A DNA stretch of 64,000 nt. Origin: an uncultured virus (IMG/VR IMGVR_UViG_2061766007_000920) (lineage: Duplodnaviria > Heunggongvirae > Uroviricota > Caudoviricetes). The notes below the pieces were generated by a model that was not told the origin of the DNA, did not search any database, and was given only the letters and a program-made list of their open reading frames with translations. How positions within the stretch are numbered: the stretch's first letter is position 1; the number at the start of each line of letters is the position of its first letter. The translations under genes were made by a program, and so were the position numbers. The stretch is from IMG/VR virus record IMGVR_UViG_2061766007_000920. One strand, given 5' to 3'. This document shows positions 1 to 9,186 of the stretch, one piece after another.

Positions 1-49
1 TGTAGATATATGTCGTTGAGAATCGCGGTTTTACGCGAAAAAATCATTT

Positions 50-133
50 GGCTCTGATAGGGTAGCGCCCAAAAGCCACAAGCCTAGTGGTTTCAGAGCC
101 TTTATAAAGGCATTCACTTAAAAGGCAAGGTGA
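50..133 (+). promoter_or_regulatory. Putative three-way-junction leader RNA upstream of the HNH gene
   Basis: Outer stem GGCTCTG(50-56)/CAGAGCC(94-100), hairpins GGG-TAGCG-CCC (60-70) and AGCCAC-AAGCCTA-GTGGTT (74-92); loop GCCT is complementary to AGGC at 108-111 and 123-126 next to the RBS. Confidence 0.5.
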
Positions 134-137
134 AATT

Positions 138-1022
138 ATGAAATGCTTATTTTGTGGTAAAGAATTAACCCCGAATAAGTACGGTAGACCTAAAAAATAT
201 TGTTCAGATAATTGTAGGTATAATGCTGATCTGGAAAATAAAAGAATAAAATATACAGGGAAAAGACAAGAATTATGTATTACTTGCGGAAAACCTTTAC
301 CTAAGTTCAAAACAAAATATTGTAGTGAAATATGCGCGAAAAATAAAAAAGCTAAGATTTCAAAAGAGTGCGTAATTTGCGGTAAAGAGTTTAAAACAAG
401 TAGAGAAAACATATTAACTTGTTCAAAAGAATGTAGCAAAATACTTGAAAACAAGAGAGATAGAGAAAGATACAAAAAGAATAATCCCAATGCTAAGAGT
501 ATAAAAGAGATACTTGAACTTTCTCAAAAACGAAAAGAAGTAAAGCAAAAAGAGGTTTTAGAGCGTAAAGCCAAAAAAGAAGCACAGCTTAAAAAAGCCA
601 GAGAAAAAAGAGAAAGGGAAAAGCAGAAGCGAATTGATTTTTGGTTTCACTATAGCAAACTCCATGAGTGCGCGGAATGCGGAGAAATGTTTGTTGCTGA
701 TTACCCGACCAAAAAATATTGTTCTAAGAAATGCGCAAGAGCAAAAAGAAAAGGCTCTAAGCGTTACAACGGGATAACTATTGATAAAGATATTTCTTTA
801 AAAAAATTAGCTAAGAGAGATAAAAATATATGTGCTATCTGTGGAGAATTAGTTGATTGGAATGATTTTACCATTAGTGCGAACGGAGTAGTTATTTGCG
901 GGAATAAATATCCTTCTATAGATCACATAAAGCCGATCAGCAAAGGCGGCTTACATTGCTGGAGTAACATCCAATTAGCTCATAGATTTTGCAATTCTTT
1001 AAAAAGCGATAAGGATAGGTGA
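138..1022 (+). CDS. HNH endonuclease with tandem C2C2 zinc-finger repeats (homing-type)
   Basis: Four CxxCG...CSxxC repeats; C-terminal CAICG...SIDHIKPISKGG...NIQLAHRFCN HNH motif. Confidence 0.9.
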   Translation: MKCLFCGKELTPNKYGRPKKYCSDNCRYNADLENKRIKYTGKRQELCITCGKPLPKFKTKYCSEICAKNKKAKISKECVICGKEFKTSRENILTCSKECSKILENKRDRERYKKNNPNAKSIKEILELSQKRKEVKQKEVLERKAKKEAQLKKAREKREREKQKRIDFWFHYSKLHECAECGEMFVADYPTKKYCSKKCARAKRKGSKRYNGITIDKDISLKKLAKRDKNICAICGELVDWNDFTISANGVVICGNKYPSIDHIKPISKGGLHCWSNIQLAHRFCNSLKSDKDR

Positions 1023-1026
1023 AAAA

Positions 1027-2241
1027 ATGGATTATTACGGAATTGGATATTTAGAGCGGAAATTATTATTAAAAAAATTGTATGTAGATTTAAGATACCG
1101 CTACTATGACATGAAGAACCTAACTTTCGATTTTGGTATCTCTACACCGCCAGAGCTAAGAGGGTTTAACTCAATATTAGGATGGTGCGCTAAGGGTGTT
1201 GATTCATTAGCCGACAGATTAACCTTATACGGCTTCACAGATGATGTTTTTGATTTTGAAACAATCTATTCCATGAACAACAGGGATGTTCTGATTGATT
1301 CGGCTATTCTTAGCGCTCTTATCGGTTCGTGCTCTTTTATTTACATTAGTGAAAATGAAAACGGATTCCCACGGTTTCAGGTTATCGACGGAGCCAACGC
1401 CACGGGAATCATTGACGATACAACACAGCTTTTAAATGAGGGCTACGCGGCACTTGAGCGTGATGATTACGGAGCTATCACAAAGAGCGCATATTTTACG
1501 AAAGAGTACACAGCTTACTATGAAAACGGGAATCTTGTAGATTGGCGCGAGAATAAAACGAGTTATCCGCTTCTGGTTCCTATCATTTTTAGACCGGACG
1601 CAAAACGCCCTTTTGGACATTCAAGGATATCACGGGCTTGTATGTCATATACTCAGGGCGCGGCAAGAACAATTAAGCGCTCAGAGATTTCAGCCGAGTT
1701 TTATTCATTCCCGCAAAAGTATGTACAGGGCTTAGATGATAATGCCCAGCTCTTAGAAAAATGGTCGGCGGCTATGTCGGCGTTAATGCAATTCTCACTT
1801 AATGCTGATGGTACAGATCATGTAAAGGTTGGACAATTCACACAGGAAAGTATGAGCCCTCACATAGATCAACTCAAAATGTTTGCAAGTCTTTTTGCCG
1901 GAGAGGTTGGTTTAACGCTTGATGATCTGGGATTTCCACAAAGTAATCCTTCAAGCTATGAAGCGATCAAAGCTTCACACGAAAATCTTAGGCTTACGGC
2001 GACTAGGGCGCAAACGTCATTTAGTACCGGCTTAATGAATGCGGGTTATCTCGCGGCTTGTATACGCGACAACTTCAAATATACACGCGATCAGATACGA
2101 TTTACTAAAGCAATTTGGCTTCCGGCGTTTAGGGCTGATGTTTCAACCTTGGGCGGTATTGGTGACGCAATCCAGAAGATTGGCTCAGTAATGCCCGATT
2201 ACATCACTGAAGAGAAGCTTTTGCAACTTACGGGAATATAA
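1027..2241 (+). CDS. Portal protein (SPP1 gp6-like)
   Basis: 404 aa, GWCAKGVDSLADR and RPFGHSRISRA motifs typical of this portal class; head-module position. Confidence 0.85.
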   Translation: MDYYGIGYLERKLLLKKLYVDLRYRYYDMKNLTFDFGISTPPELRGFNSILGWCAKGVDSLADRLTLYGFTDDVFDFETIYSMNNRDVLIDSAILSALIGSCSFIYISENENGFPRFQVIDGANATGIIDDTTQLLNEGYAALERDDYGAITKSAYFTKEYTAYYENGNLVDWRENKTSYPLLVPIIFRPDAKRPFGHSRISRACMSYTQGAARTIKRSEISAEFYSFPQKYVQGLDDNAQLLEKWSAAMSALMQFSLNADGTDHVKVGQFTQESMSPHIDQLKMFASLFAGEVGLTLDDLGFPQSNPSSYEAIKASHENLRLTATRAQTSFSTGLMNAGYLAACIRDNFKYTRDQIRFTKAIWLPAFRADVSTLGGIGDAIQKIGSVMPDYITEEKLLQLTGI

Positions 2242-2251
2242 AGGGGGTTTT

Positions 2252-2461
2252 ATGGTAACACAATATAACACAGGCGATTCCGTCTTAATACCGGCAACGA
2301 TTGAAAGCGCCGAAGAGATAGACGGAAAGATTTTTTATATCGTTAAAGCTGATTTATACGACAAAATACCGGAAGAGGCTATTGTTGTAAATAAAGATGC
2401 TCAGATTCAGAACGCAATGAAAGCGTTTCTTGATGATTTCAGAATAGAGCGTTGGCGTTAA
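2252..2461 (+). CDS. Hypothetical protein
   Basis: 69-aa ORF with GGGGG RBS between portal and minor head genes. Confidence 0.6.
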   Translation: MVTQYNTGDSVLIPATIESAEEIDGKIFYIVKADLYDKIPEEAIVVNKDAQIQNAMKAFLDDFRIERWR

Positions 2462-2479
2462 GGGATTATCCCTTTTCGT

Positions 2480-2562
2480 GGCAAGGAAAAGCGATTGCAA
2501 GCGCTTAGAGCGTTATTCCGCCAACGCTCTTTTTTCTTGCCTTAATAGGCGGGGAAAGGCGG
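2480..2562 (+). promoter_or_regulatory. Putative three-way-junction leader RNA with anti-RBS loop
   Basis: Outer stem GGCAAGGAAA(2480-2489)/TTTTCTTGCC(2532-2541); hairpins GCG-ATTGCAAG-CGC and AGAGCGTT-ATTCCGCC-AACGCTCT; loop CCGCC complementary to GGCGG in AGGCGG at 2547-2552 and 2557-2562. Confidence 0.6.
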
Positions 2563-2566
2563 TTAT

Positions 2567-3505
2567 ATGGCTGATGTAGTACCAGAGCTTAACCGAGCTA
2601 TTAAGACGGACTTTCAAGGGTATGTTATGAAGGATAAGCAAATAGCAACGGTATCAAAGCGTATCAGGGATGGAACAGCGACTTTTGCAGATGGGCATTT
2701 ATATTCTGAGAGGTTAGGCGAAAACCTATCAAGGGCGCTAGTTAATAACCTTAACGAAAACACGCTTCCGGATGGAAAACTATATTACAACATAGCAAAG
2801 CGCACTGTTACACCCAACCTAATGAATAACTATGATCTAACAAATGAAACAGCGGCAGAGATTCAAAGGCAAATTGACCTTGCTAATGGAATCGGACTTA
2901 AAGCCGCGAAAGCTGAGTTTCCTGAATCACGTATACAGGGATTGATTGACAAAATGACAGCCGACAATATCACGCTTGATAGAGCAATCCAATGGCTTAT
3001 AGAGCCAATCGTTAATAACTCAGAAGCGTTTTTTGATGATTTTATCAAAGAGAATGCGAAAGTTAGAAATGATCTGGGGCTTAAGACGACAATAACCCGA
3101 ACTTATCAATTTGGATGTTGTGATTGGTGCGCTAATCTTGCGGGGGTATATGATTACGATTCAGTTCCTCAAGATGTGTATAGGCGGCATGAGTTTTGTA
3201 GATGTACCGTCACTTATCAAAGTAAAAAACAATCACAGAACGTTTGGAGCAAAAAAACTTGGAGCACATCCCAAGAGGAACTTGATAGGCGAAAAGATGC
3301 GGGCGGCGTTCCTGTTATGAGTGCAATCGAAAGGCTTAACCAGTTAGATCAGATTGAACGCGATAATGAAATTGCTAATTTTATAAAACAAACAGGTTAC
3401 GACCGAGAAACGGCGCGGCGTTCAACTTTAGGAAAGGATCCGGATGAGATTGAAAAAGAGATAAAGAAAATCATAGAAAGGCAAAAAGCTATTAAACGGA
3501 GGTAA
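2567..3505 (+). CDS. Minor head protein (MuF/SPP1 gp7-like)
   Basis: CCDWCANLAG...RRHEFCRCT Cys/His motif; follows portal. Confidence 0.75.
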   Translation: MADVVPELNRAIKTDFQGYVMKDKQIATVSKRIRDGTATFADGHLYSERLGENLSRALVNNLNENTLPDGKLYYNIAKRTVTPNLMNNYDLTNETAAEIQRQIDLANGIGLKAAKAEFPESRIQGLIDKMTADNITLDRAIQWLIEPIVNNSEAFFDDFIKENAKVRNDLGLKTTITRTYQFGCCDWCANLAGVYDYDSVPQDVYRRHEFCRCTVTYQSKKQSQNVWSKKTWSTSQEELDRRKDAGGVPVMSAIERLNQLDQIERDNEIANFIKQTGYDRETARRSTLGKDPDEIEKEIKKIIERQKAIKRR

Positions 3506-3508
3506 AGA

Positions 3509-4945
3509 ATGAAGGTTGATAATCAGAACCCTTCTTTTACCAACGTAGAATATACAAAGACAAACGGCGATAGGGCTATTGATACATATAGCCAAACAGG
3601 TAAAGAACTTTTTGAATGGCAAAAAAGACAGATAAGAGCAATCGAAGCGGTTAATGATTCGGGCGAATGGAAGTATATCAATTACGGTTTAGCTGTTAGC
3701 CGAAGGAATGGAAAAGGCGAAATTCTTGTTGCCCGCGAAATGGACGGGATTAAAAATCTTAAAGAAAAGATTTGCCACACGGCACATAGAACAACGACTT
3801 CACATGATGCGTTCTTAAGGCTTTATGATGCGCTCAAAAAATCTGGGATGATTGAGCATAACCGAAAGAAAAAGGTTATGCCTGAAAATTCATTTTTTGC
3901 TTCCAAACAGTACGGACTTGAGCATATCGAGATCAGCGGCGGCGGAATAATTGATTTTAGAACAAGAACCGATAGCGGCGGCCTTGGTGAAGGTTTTGAC
4001 CTTCTTATAATCGACGAAGCCCAAGAGTACACCAGTAAACAAGAATCGGCGCTTCAATATACAGTATCAGCTTCAGATAACCCACAGATAATCCTCACAG
4101 GAACACCGCCAACAGTTACATCCGGCGGGGATGTACTTGTAAGAATTAGAAACAAAGTGCTTGAAAAAAGCGCTTACGAAACGGGTTGGGCTGAATGGTC
4201 AACACCGGAATATGTAAAAGGTGATGCAATCAATGATGTTGAGCTCTGGAAGTTATACAATCCTTCTTTTGGGCTTAAGCTTACCGAGAGAAAAATAAGA
4301 AATGAGCTTTCAGGCGATCAGCTAGATTTTAACATTCAGCGTCTTGGCTTCTGGGTTAGCTTCAATCAAAAATCATGTATCTCTGAAGAGGAATGGAAGG
4401 AACTCAAAGTCGACAGAATGCCGAAGCTTCAGGATTCTAGGTATATAGGCATAAAGTACGGCCGCGACGGTGTTAATGTTGCTATGAGTATAGCTGCCAA
4501 GACCGAAGAAGGAAAGATTTTTGTAGAAACAATTGATTGTGTATCTGTTAGAGCCGGTAATAGATGGATTTTTGAATATTTCAACAATCCAAAGCTCAAA
4601 GCCATAGCAATAGACGGAGCCAGCGGGCAAAAGTTACTTGCCGACGAAATGAAGGATAAAGGAATTAGGCTTAAACCAATCCTTCCAAGTGTCGGGGAGA
4701 TCATAAATTCAAATGCCATGTTTGAGCAAAATCTATTTGCTAAGAATCTATGCCATATGGGGCAAGAATCACTTGCTAAGGTGGTTACGAATTGCGATAA
4801 GAGGCTTATAGGTTCAAAGGGCGGCTTTGGTTATAAGTCGCTTGTAGAATCTCAGGATATCGCGATCATGGATTCTATGATTTTAGCCGCTTGGCTTTGC
4901 GCCACAAATAAGAACAACATAATGAAACAAAAAATCAACATTTAA
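3509..4945 (+). CDS. terL: Terminase large subunit
   Basis: Walker A-like SRRNGKGE, Walker B LLIIDEAQ, coupling motif TGTP, C-terminal nuclease region. Confidence 0.92.
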   Translation: MKVDNQNPSFTNVEYTKTNGDRAIDTYSQTGKELFEWQKRQIRAIEAVNDSGEWKYINYGLAVSRRNGKGEILVAREMDGIKNLKEKICHTAHRTTTSHDAFLRLYDALKKSGMIEHNRKKKVMPENSFFASKQYGLEHIEISGGGIIDFRTRTDSGGLGEGFDLLIIDEAQEYTSKQESALQYTVSASDNPQIILTGTPPTVTSGGDVLVRIRNKVLEKSAYETGWAEWSTPEYVKGDAINDVELWKLYNPSFGLKLTERKIRNELSGDQLDFNIQRLGFWVSFNQKSCISEEEWKELKVDRMPKLQDSRYIGIKYGRDGVNVAMSIAAKTEEGKIFVETIDCVSVRAGNRWIFEYFNNPKLKAIAIDGASGQKLLADEMKDKGIRLKPILPSVGEIINSNAMFEQNLFAKNLCHMGQESLAKVVTNCDKRLIGSKGGFGYKSLVESQDIAIMDSMILAAWLCATNKNNIMKQKINI

Positions 4946-4969
4946 GGAGCATCTTAGGATGCTCTTTTT
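4946..4969 (+). terminator. Rho-independent terminator-like hairpin
   Basis: GAGCATC-TTAG-GATGCTC followed by T5. Confidence 0.6.
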
Positions 4970-5015
4970 ATGTGCATAAATCTACGTTACTCACGGTAAA
5001 GAGGGAGGTTTTACA

Positions 5016-5510
5016 ATGGGCGATTTTAAAGTAATCGAAACACAGGAAGAGTTTGACAAGGCTATTAAATCAAGGCTTGCACAGAAAGATAGAGAGCTTG
5101 AAGAGAAGTATAAAGATTTTCTTTCGCCGGAGAAGGTGAAGGAACTCAAAGCCGAACAGGAAAAAAGGCTTAAAGAATTCGAAGAAAAGCTTAAGGAAGC
5201 CAATGAAAAGATAGCTTCAAATGATGATGTTGTTTCGAAGCTCACAAATAGAGCTACAGAGGCAGAAGGGAAACTTCTTAAGCAGAAAGTAGCTCACGTT
5301 AATAAGTTACCGCTGGAGCTTGCGGATAGGCTTATAGGCACTACAGAAGAAGAACTTTCTAAAGATGCCGAGAGTTTGGCGGCATTACTTAAGCCTTCAA
5401 ACACGCCACCGCTAAGAACTACAGAGGGAGCTAAAACAAGCACAAACAGTATAGATGCTCAGTTCATGGGGCTTTTGTCTCAGGTGAATGAGCAGTTACA
5501 GAGCTTATAA
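5016..5510 (+). CDS. Capsid scaffolding protein (DUF4355-like)
   Basis: IETQEEFDKAIKSRL N-terminus, charged coiled coil, directly upstream of capsid gene. Confidence 0.8.
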   Translation: MGDFKVIETQEEFDKAIKSRLAQKDRELEEKYKDFLSPEKVKELKAEQEKRLKEFEEKLKEANEKIASNDDVVSKLTNRATEAEGKLLKQKVAHVNKLPLELADRLIGTTEEELSKDAESLAALLKPSNTPPLRTTEGAKTSTNSIDAQFMGLLSQVNEQLQSL

Positions 5511-5524
5511 TAGGAGGTTTAATT

Positions 5525-6427
5525 ATGGGTGATACTATTTCAAGAGGTTCACTTTTTCCCGCTCAGTTAACAAATGAGCTTTTCAACATGGCAAGAGGCA
5601 AGAGCTCACTTGCTAGATTGTCAAATTCTGAGCCTATTCCTTTCAACGGAAAAGAAGTTTTTACTTTCGATATGGATTCGGAAGTTAATCTTGTTGGAGA
5701 GAACGGCGTTAAGTCAAACGGCGGCGCAACTGTTGAGCCTGTAACCATGATTCCGGTTAAGGTTGAGTACGGCGTAAGAGTATCAGACGAATTCAGATAC
5801 GGAGCCGACGAGATCAGATTGCAGTATCTTAGAACTTTTGCGGAAGGATTTGCTAAAAAGGTTGCAAGAGGTCTTGATATCATGGCTTTCCATGGAATCA
5901 ACCCCCGCACAGGTTCAACCGCTTCAGTTCTTACAAATAAAAACTTTGCTGATCTTGTAGACCAGACAGTAACATATGATAGCTCTACACCGGATACAAA
6001 CGTTGAGGATGCTATCAGCCTTGTAACAACAAATGAGCATCTTGTTACAGGTATGGCTATGAGCCCCACTTTTAGAAGCGCACTCGCAAAGCTTAAGAAG
6101 GGTTCAACATCTAATGAGCCTATGTTTCCAACACTTGGATGGGGTTCAGAGGTTACAGAGATCAATGGCCTTCCTGTTGATTCAAACAGCACCGTTTCGT
6201 TTAATAATAGCGGCGTAGAGGCTATTGTTGGAAACTTTGCGGATTATTTCAAGTGGGGATTTGCTAAGGAAATTCCTTTCGAAGTAATCGAGTACGGCGA
6301 CCCTGATAATTCCGGAAAAGACCTTAAGGCATACAATCAGGTATATCTTAGAGGTGAGGCATACATTGGCTGGGGAATTATTGCGCCTGATGCTTTCGCA
6401 ATGATTGCAGATAGCACTTCAGCTTAA
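5525..6427 (+). CDS. Major capsid protein (HK97 fold)
   Basis: 300 aa, VGENGVK, NQVYLRGEAYIGWGI motifs, follows scaffold. Confidence 0.9.
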   Translation: MGDTISRGSLFPAQLTNELFNMARGKSSLARLSNSEPIPFNGKEVFTFDMDSEVNLVGENGVKSNGGATVEPVTMIPVKVEYGVRVSDEFRYGADEIRLQYLRTFAEGFAKKVARGLDIMAFHGINPRTGSTASVLTNKNFADLVDQTVTYDSSTPDTNVEDAISLVTTNEHLVTGMAMSPTFRSALAKLKKGSTSNEPMFPTLGWGSEVTEINGLPVDSNSTVSFNNSGVEAIVGNFADYFKWGFAKEIPFEVIEYGDPDNSGKDLKAYNQVYLRGEAYIGWGIIAPDAFAMIADSTSA

Positions 6428-6442
6428 TTTCTTGGGGGCTCT

Positions 6443-6610
6443 ATGAGGTATAGAAATACAATCACAGGGCTTATTTTTGAGGCAACGAGCGAGATTCATT
6501 CAAAGCACATAGAGGTTTTGGATGAAACTCGCTCTATTACGTTAGTAAAGCCAGAGGAAAAAGCCGAGGAAAAGCCAAAGCCCAAGAGAAAAAAGAGGGT
6601 AAAAAAATGA
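6443..6610 (+). CDS. Small basic head-associated protein (55 aa, absent from ORF track)
   Basis: ATG 6443 after GGGGG RBS, MRYRNTITG...KRKKRVKK, stop overlaps next ATG (ATGA). Confidence 0.65.
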   Translation: MRYRNTITGLIFEATSEIHSKHIEVLDETRSITLVKPEEKAEEKPKPKRKKRVKK

Positions 6611-7023
6611 GTAATGCTTTTGCGACAGTAGAGGATATTCAAACACTTTGGAGGCCGCTAACATCCGAAGAGCAATCAAGAGCGGAGGCGCTTTTGCCGC
6701 TTGTATCGGATGAGATAAGGGTTGCGGGTAAGAGTGTAGGGAAAGACGTAGATCAGATGATAGCCGAAGATAGCGCATATGAGAGCGTTGTTAAGGTTGT
6801 CACGGTTGACGTTGTAACCAGAATCTTAAGGCAATCCACAGAGGGCGACGCAATGACACAGGAAAGCCAATCAGCTCTTGGCTATTCTTGGAGCGGAACC
6901 TATGCGGTAGCCGGTGGCGGAATAGCGAATTCACTTCTTAACAATGATCTTAAAAAGCTTGGCCTGTTGAGGCAGAAGATGGGAGCTATGTTTATATGGC
7001 AAGGATTAAAGGCACCACAGTAA
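6607..7023 (+). CDS. Head-tail connector (Gp19/Gp15/Gp42-like)
   Basis: FATVEDIQTLWRPL and QESQSALGYSWSGTY motifs; synteny. Confidence 0.8.
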   Translation: MSNAFATVEDIQTLWRPLTSEEQSRAEALLPLVSDEIRVAGKSVGKDVDQMIAEDSAYESVVKVVTVDVVTRILRQSTEGDAMTQESQSALGYSWSGTYAVAGGGIANSLLNNDLKKLGLLRQKMGAMFIWQGLKAPQ

Positions 7024-7391
7024 TTTTATACGAGGAAGAACAAATTGGAATCGACCCTTTGGGGAACCCGATCATCAAGGAAAACACTGTTGAAGTTGAG
7101 AATGTTTTAATTGGCGAACCAACAACGGATGATATCACTACTTCAACAAACATATACGGGAAAGTCATTAAGTATATGTTGGGGATTCCAAAGGGTGATA
7201 CTCACGATTGGGTTAATAAGAAAGTTGAATGGGTTGACGCTTACGGAATCAGCCACGTTGTGCAAACTTTTGGCTTCCCGATTACTGGGATTGGAGCCAA
7301 CCTTCCGGCGGTGCTTCCTTGGCACATGAAAGTAAGGTGTGAAGATTATGGGAAATATAAAAGTAGTTCTGAATCGGGCGGGAGTGCGTGA
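6996..7391 (+). CDS. Head closure protein
   Basis: GIDPLGNPI...VENVL, IPKGDTHDW; synteny. Confidence 0.7.
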   Translation: MARIKGTTVILYEEEQIGIDPLGNPIIKENTVEVENVLIGEPTTDDITTSTNIYGKVIKYMLGIPKGDTHDWVNKKVEWVDAYGISHVVQTFGFPITGIGANLPAVLPWHMKVRCEDYGKYKSSSESGGSA

Positions 7392-7587
7392 GCTTTTGCG
7401 TTCACCTGAAATGATGGATATTTGTGCGGGCTATGCAAATAACGCCCTTGGCCGTCTTGGTGCGGGCTACGAGGTTACAACTCAAACAGGTAAAAACAGA
7501 GTTAATGCACAGGTTGCGGCTATCTGGAAGCAGACACGAGCCGCAAACTCGCGCGACAATACAATTTTAAAGGCGTTAAGAGGATGA
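7348..7587 (+). CDS. Neck/tail completion protein (HK97 gp10-like)
   Basis: LNRAGVRELLRS...NTILKAL motif; synteny. Confidence 0.7.
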   Translation: MGNIKVVLNRAGVRELLRSPEMMDICAGYANNALGRLGAGYEVTTQTGKNRVNAQVAAIWKQTRAANSRDNTILKALRG

Positions 7588-7928
7588 TTATAGAAGAGAT
7601 CATATTAAATTTTCTTTCCGAAAAAGTAAATATCCCCGTTCTTACTGAGAAGCAAAAGAAGGATAACCCCCAGCAATATTATCTTATTGAGAAAACAGGG
7701 GGAACTACGAACAATCACATTAAGCGTTCAACTATTACTATCCAGAGCTACGGCAATAGTTTATATGAAGCCTCAATATTTAACGAACAGGTTAAATATC
7801 AGATGGAGTACAACGCTATAGCTTTAGAGCAGATTGTAAGTGTTAGCCTTAACAGTGATTACAATTACACAGATACAACAACCAAAGAATACCGCTATCA
7901 GGCGGTGTTTGACATAGTTCATTATTAA
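7584..7928 (+). CDS. Tail terminator protein
   Basis: IEKTGG, SDYNYTDTTTKEYRYQAVFD; immediately before tail tube gene. Confidence 0.75.
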   Translation: MIIEEIILNFLSEKVNIPVLTEKQKKDNPQQYYLIEKTGGTTNNHIKRSTITIQSYGNSLYEASIFNEQVKYQMEYNAIALEQIVSVSLNSDYNYTDTTTKEYRYQAVFDIVHY

Positions 7929-7941
7929 GGGAGGCTTAATT

Positions 7942-8508
7942 ATGAATAACGCTAGTAACGTAAGTGCTGGAAAGCCCGATATAAACGGCGCTATCAAAGT
8001 AGCACCTAAAGGAACCGTGCTTCCTGTTTCGCCGGATGAGGAACTTGATGCGGCATTTGTTGATCTTGGTTATTGCTCAGATGCCGGATTAACAAACGGA
8101 ACAAATCTTGAGGTTCAGAAGATTAAGGCATGGGGCGGCGATACTGTGCTTGTTATACTTAGCTCTAAAGAAGATACATTCCAGTTTGTGCTTCTTGAGA
8201 TCAAGAACATCAACGTACTTAAGCTTGTTTATGGCTCAAGTAATGTATCGGGCGACCTTGACACAGGTATAACCGTACTCGCGAACAATCAGGATATCGA
8301 GGAAGTTTCTCTTGTTATTGATATGATTCTTTCAGACAACACCAAGAAGAGAATCGTCATTCCAACCGCCAAAGTTTCAGCCGTTGGAGATATTGTTTAT
8401 GGTGATGAAGATGCGGTTGGATATGATACGACAATTGATTGCATTCCTGACAGCGCCGGCAATACTCATTATGAGTATATGGTTAAACCGGTTGTTCCTT
8501 CAGCTTAA
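7942..8508 (+). CDS. Major tail (tube) protein
   Basis: LGYCSDAGL, IKAWGGDTV, GNTHYEY motifs. Confidence 0.88.
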   Translation: MNNASNVSAGKPDINGAIKVAPKGTVLPVSPDEELDAAFVDLGYCSDAGLTNGTNLEVQKIKAWGGDTVLVILSSKEDTFQFVLLEIKNINVLKLVYGSSNVSGDLDTGITVLANNQDIEEVSLVIDMILSDNTKKRIVIPTAKVSAVGDIVYGDEDAVGYDTTIDCIPDSAGNTHYEYMVKPVVPSA

Positions 8509-8527
8509 ATTTTGAAAGGCGGAAAAC

Positions 8528-8815
8528 ATGGATATTACAACAAAGAGCGGATTCACCTGTAAGGTAAAAGAAAAAAAGGCGAAAGATTGGCGATTTGCCA
8601 AGGCTTTAGCCGAATGTGATTCGGGTAATGAATCAAAGATTATCAAGGGAATGACATATGTTGTTCCCTTTTTGCTTGGAGAAGATCAGGAGCAAAAACT
8701 TATTGAACACGTTTTGGATAAAGACGGAATTGCTTCAACAGAATTAATCATGAAGGAGTTCCGCGAAATACTCGAAATAATTGGGCAGAATAATAACGAC
8801 GCAAAAAAATCATAA
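8528..8815 (+). CDS. Tail assembly chaperone (gpG-like)
   Basis: Between tail tube and tape measure; ends in A7 slippery site. Confidence 0.8.
   Translation: MDITTKSGFTCKVKEKKAKDWRFAKALAECDSGNESKIIKGMTYVVPFLLGEDQEQKLIEHVLDKDGIASTELIMKEFREILEIIGQNNNDAKKS
8803..8809 (+). other. -1 programmed ribosomal frameshift site A AAA AAA
   Basis: GCA AAA AAA TCA TAA; the -1 frame reads ATC ATA ACC TTA TCA AGC ATG, open into ORF 8827-9186. Confidence 0.85.
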
Positions 8816-8826
8816 CCTTATCAAGC

Positions 8827-9186
8827 ATGATTGCACTTGATGAGGATATGCTGATTTGTGATCTTGCTCAATATTACAACATTTATGAACTATATGATTA
8901 TCCTGTTGAGCTTATCGCAACCCTTGCAAGCGGCTTGCCGATAAATTCACGGATAAAAGCGAAGGAATTAGGGCTAAGGGTAGACGTTCACACGCTTCTC
9001 TTAGCCCATATTTGCGATAACACGGCAATCAATGTTTACGCAAAAACTAAAGATGCAAAATCGGGCAGAAATAAGCCTAAATCTCTTGTCGAAGCATTCA
9101 CTAAAACAAGCGAGAAAAAGAAAACAAGAGAGTTCAGGACGGGAGCCGATTTTGATAGAGAATGGAGGCGATTAGGTGGCAACTGA
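8827..9186 (+). CDS. Tail assembly chaperone frameshift extension (gpGT-like, DUF5361-like)
   Basis: LICDLAQYYNIY...SRIK motif; reached by the -1 frameshift. Confidence 0.75.
   Translation: MIALDEDMLICDLAQYYNIYELYDYPVELIATLASGLPINSRIKAKELGLRVDVHTLLLAHICDNTAINVYAKTKDAKSGRNKPKSLVEAFTKTSEKKKTREFRTGADFDREWRRLGGN

Noticed and set aside
50..100. Hammerhead ribozyme (CTGAT...three stems)
   Set aside because: Core reads CUGAUAG and AAAA instead of the required CUGANGA and GAAA
5563..6192. 209-aa antisense ORF within the capsid gene (and similar ones in TMP and terL)
   Set aside because: Codon-bias shadow of well-supported + strand genes
6996..7391. Third Ser-Ala C-terminus (..GGSA) as a glycosylation tag
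   Set aside because: This tail overlaps the next gene's coding frame and uses different codons, so it is likely coincidental
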